This document shows positions 50,631-51,691 of a stretch of DNA of 51,691 bases, one piece after another. The stretch spans positions 1 to 51,691 of the forward strand of contig CANGZU010000004.1 of assembly GCA_947458785.1 (NCBI GenBank), written 5' to 3'. The notes beneath the pieces are model-generated. The model did no database searches. It was not told the origin of the DNA and saw only the letters and a list, made by a program, of their open reading frames with translations. How positions within the stretch are numbered: position 1 is the stretch's first letter; each line of letters opens with the position of its first letter. Both the position numbers and the translations under genes were made by a program. The DNA is from Ignavibacteria bacterium. GTDB lineage: Bacteria > Bacteroidota > Ignavibacteria > Kapaibacteriales > Kapaibacteriaceae.

Positions 50631-51691
50631 GTTATCTCAATCTCGGAATAGAGAGCACGTCTGGCAAATGCTAATGCAACCCGCAACTCTGGCAACGATG
50701 GTTCGCCACCAAGATGCTCACGGACATCGCGCAGCTTGGCATAGCGATGATAGCGCATGTAATCGATAACACGCGCAAAGAGGGATTCATCGATCAAGCT
50801 ACCGCGATCAAGGGGCCGACCCGACTCTATGGCTCTCTGCAGCATCGCAGCAAGTGCTGGTTTGGTCATCTTCATTTCCTGCGCAAGCCCCTCAAACGTG
50901 GTTCTGTCACTAAGGACCCTGAGCATGCGCTCAACGTCGACGTCCACGGGACCTTTTGCGGACGTACCTCGCTGGTCTTCATCCTGCATGCAACCGAATA
51001 TCTCACCGGCATATTGTGTCAGGAACATTGCACTGCCATGACGGCCAGGCACGACCTCTGCAAGCGACGTCGGACAATCCTTGGCAAGTGCTGCCAGCTC
51101 AGCATTCGTACAGAGTGATTGCTCCGAAACACCTTGAAGAGCCGCAATACGCTCGCGCATCGCAAACAGCCGGCCAAGGACACGATCATAGATACCTTGG
51201 TTACGTTCTTGCTGAAAGTCGTTCGACCGCTGCATTGCCAGCGGCTTTGGTAAGGGGCCCGCATGGTCAACACCCTTTTCCGTAACTCCGATCACTGGAT
51301 AGAGATCTGCACTCTTAACAAGTAGTCCTGCATCAAGCGCAACATCAATGGCTTCGAGTAGCTCTGGCTTCGATCTCTCCCGCAATGCTCCGAATGCGAT
51401 GCTTCGGTCGAGTCGGTAGTCTTGGACCTTTGCAGATGCGATACCACGCACAATGTCTACGATCACATGCCGGCCAAACTTGCCGCGCACCTGCCATGTA
51501 GCTGTGATCAGCGCGTTGATATTTTCACGCATGCGATCTGAGATGGGCGTCCGCTGCTGGCTAGCAGAAGTGCAGCTCGAGCATGTACCGCAGGTACCTT
51601 CGTGAGTGCGGTCACCGAAATATGCGAGAATAACATTACGCTTGCACTGGCGTGACTCTGCGTAGCCGACCATGACATTGAGTTTCTGAAG
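50627..51691 (-). CDS. recQ: RecQ-family helicase, C-terminal part (5' end outside the window)
   Basis: Zn-binding C..YFG..CGTCSSC, RQC-like and HRDC-like regions; the frame stays open to the window edge. Confidence 0.8.
   Translation of the reverse strand, partial: LQKLNVMVGYAESRQCKRNVILAYFGDRTHEGTCGTCSSCTSASQQRTPISDRMRENINALITATWQVRGKFGRHVIVDIVRGIASAKVQDYRLDRSIAFGALRERSKPELLEAIDVALDAGLLVKSADLYPVIGVTEKGVDHAGPLPKPLAMQRSNDFQQERNQGIYDRVLGRLFAMRERIAALQGVSEQSLCTNAELAALAKDCPTSLAEVVPGRHGSAMFLTQYAGEIFGCMQDEDQRGTSAKGPVDVDVERMLRVLSDRTTFEGLAQEMKMTKPALAAMLQRAIESGRPLDRGSLIDESLFARVIDYMRYHRYAKLRDVREHLGGEPSLPELRVALAFARRALYSEIEIT

Overview
A 51.7-kb chromosomal window from an FCB-group bacterium. Bacteroidota-type TAnnTTTG -7 promoter elements, T9SS-type C-terminal domains, a short sigma-70 and an alpha2 GlyRS point there; Ca. 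Kapabacteria or Ignavibacteria-like is my inference. Bases 1-13.7 kb hold two diverged tandem copies of an uncharacterised three-gene cassette. Each has a signal-peptide-bearing ~1600-aa tail-fibre-like repeat protein, a ~300-aa partner with a T9SS-like C-terminal domain, and a predicted outer-membrane beta-barrel with a vicinal Cys-Cys. Both cassettes have perfect DnaA-box 9-mers upstream. The two fibres have almost the same length but different module ratios. This cassette is the best candidate for an undescribed surface-fibre display system. The rest is mostly housekeeping: icd, DsbA-like, OsmC, DEAD helicase, dapD, speB, a detached ftsQAZ, nbaC/nbaD, tRNA-Ser(TGA), queE, recG, ilvE, panC, DsbD-like, glyQS, S41 protease, rpoD-rimM-trmD, mpl, a large S8 protease and the 3' part of a RecQ-type helicase. 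I found no integrase, transposase, CRISPR array or rRNA. All counts were made by eye and no database searches were run.
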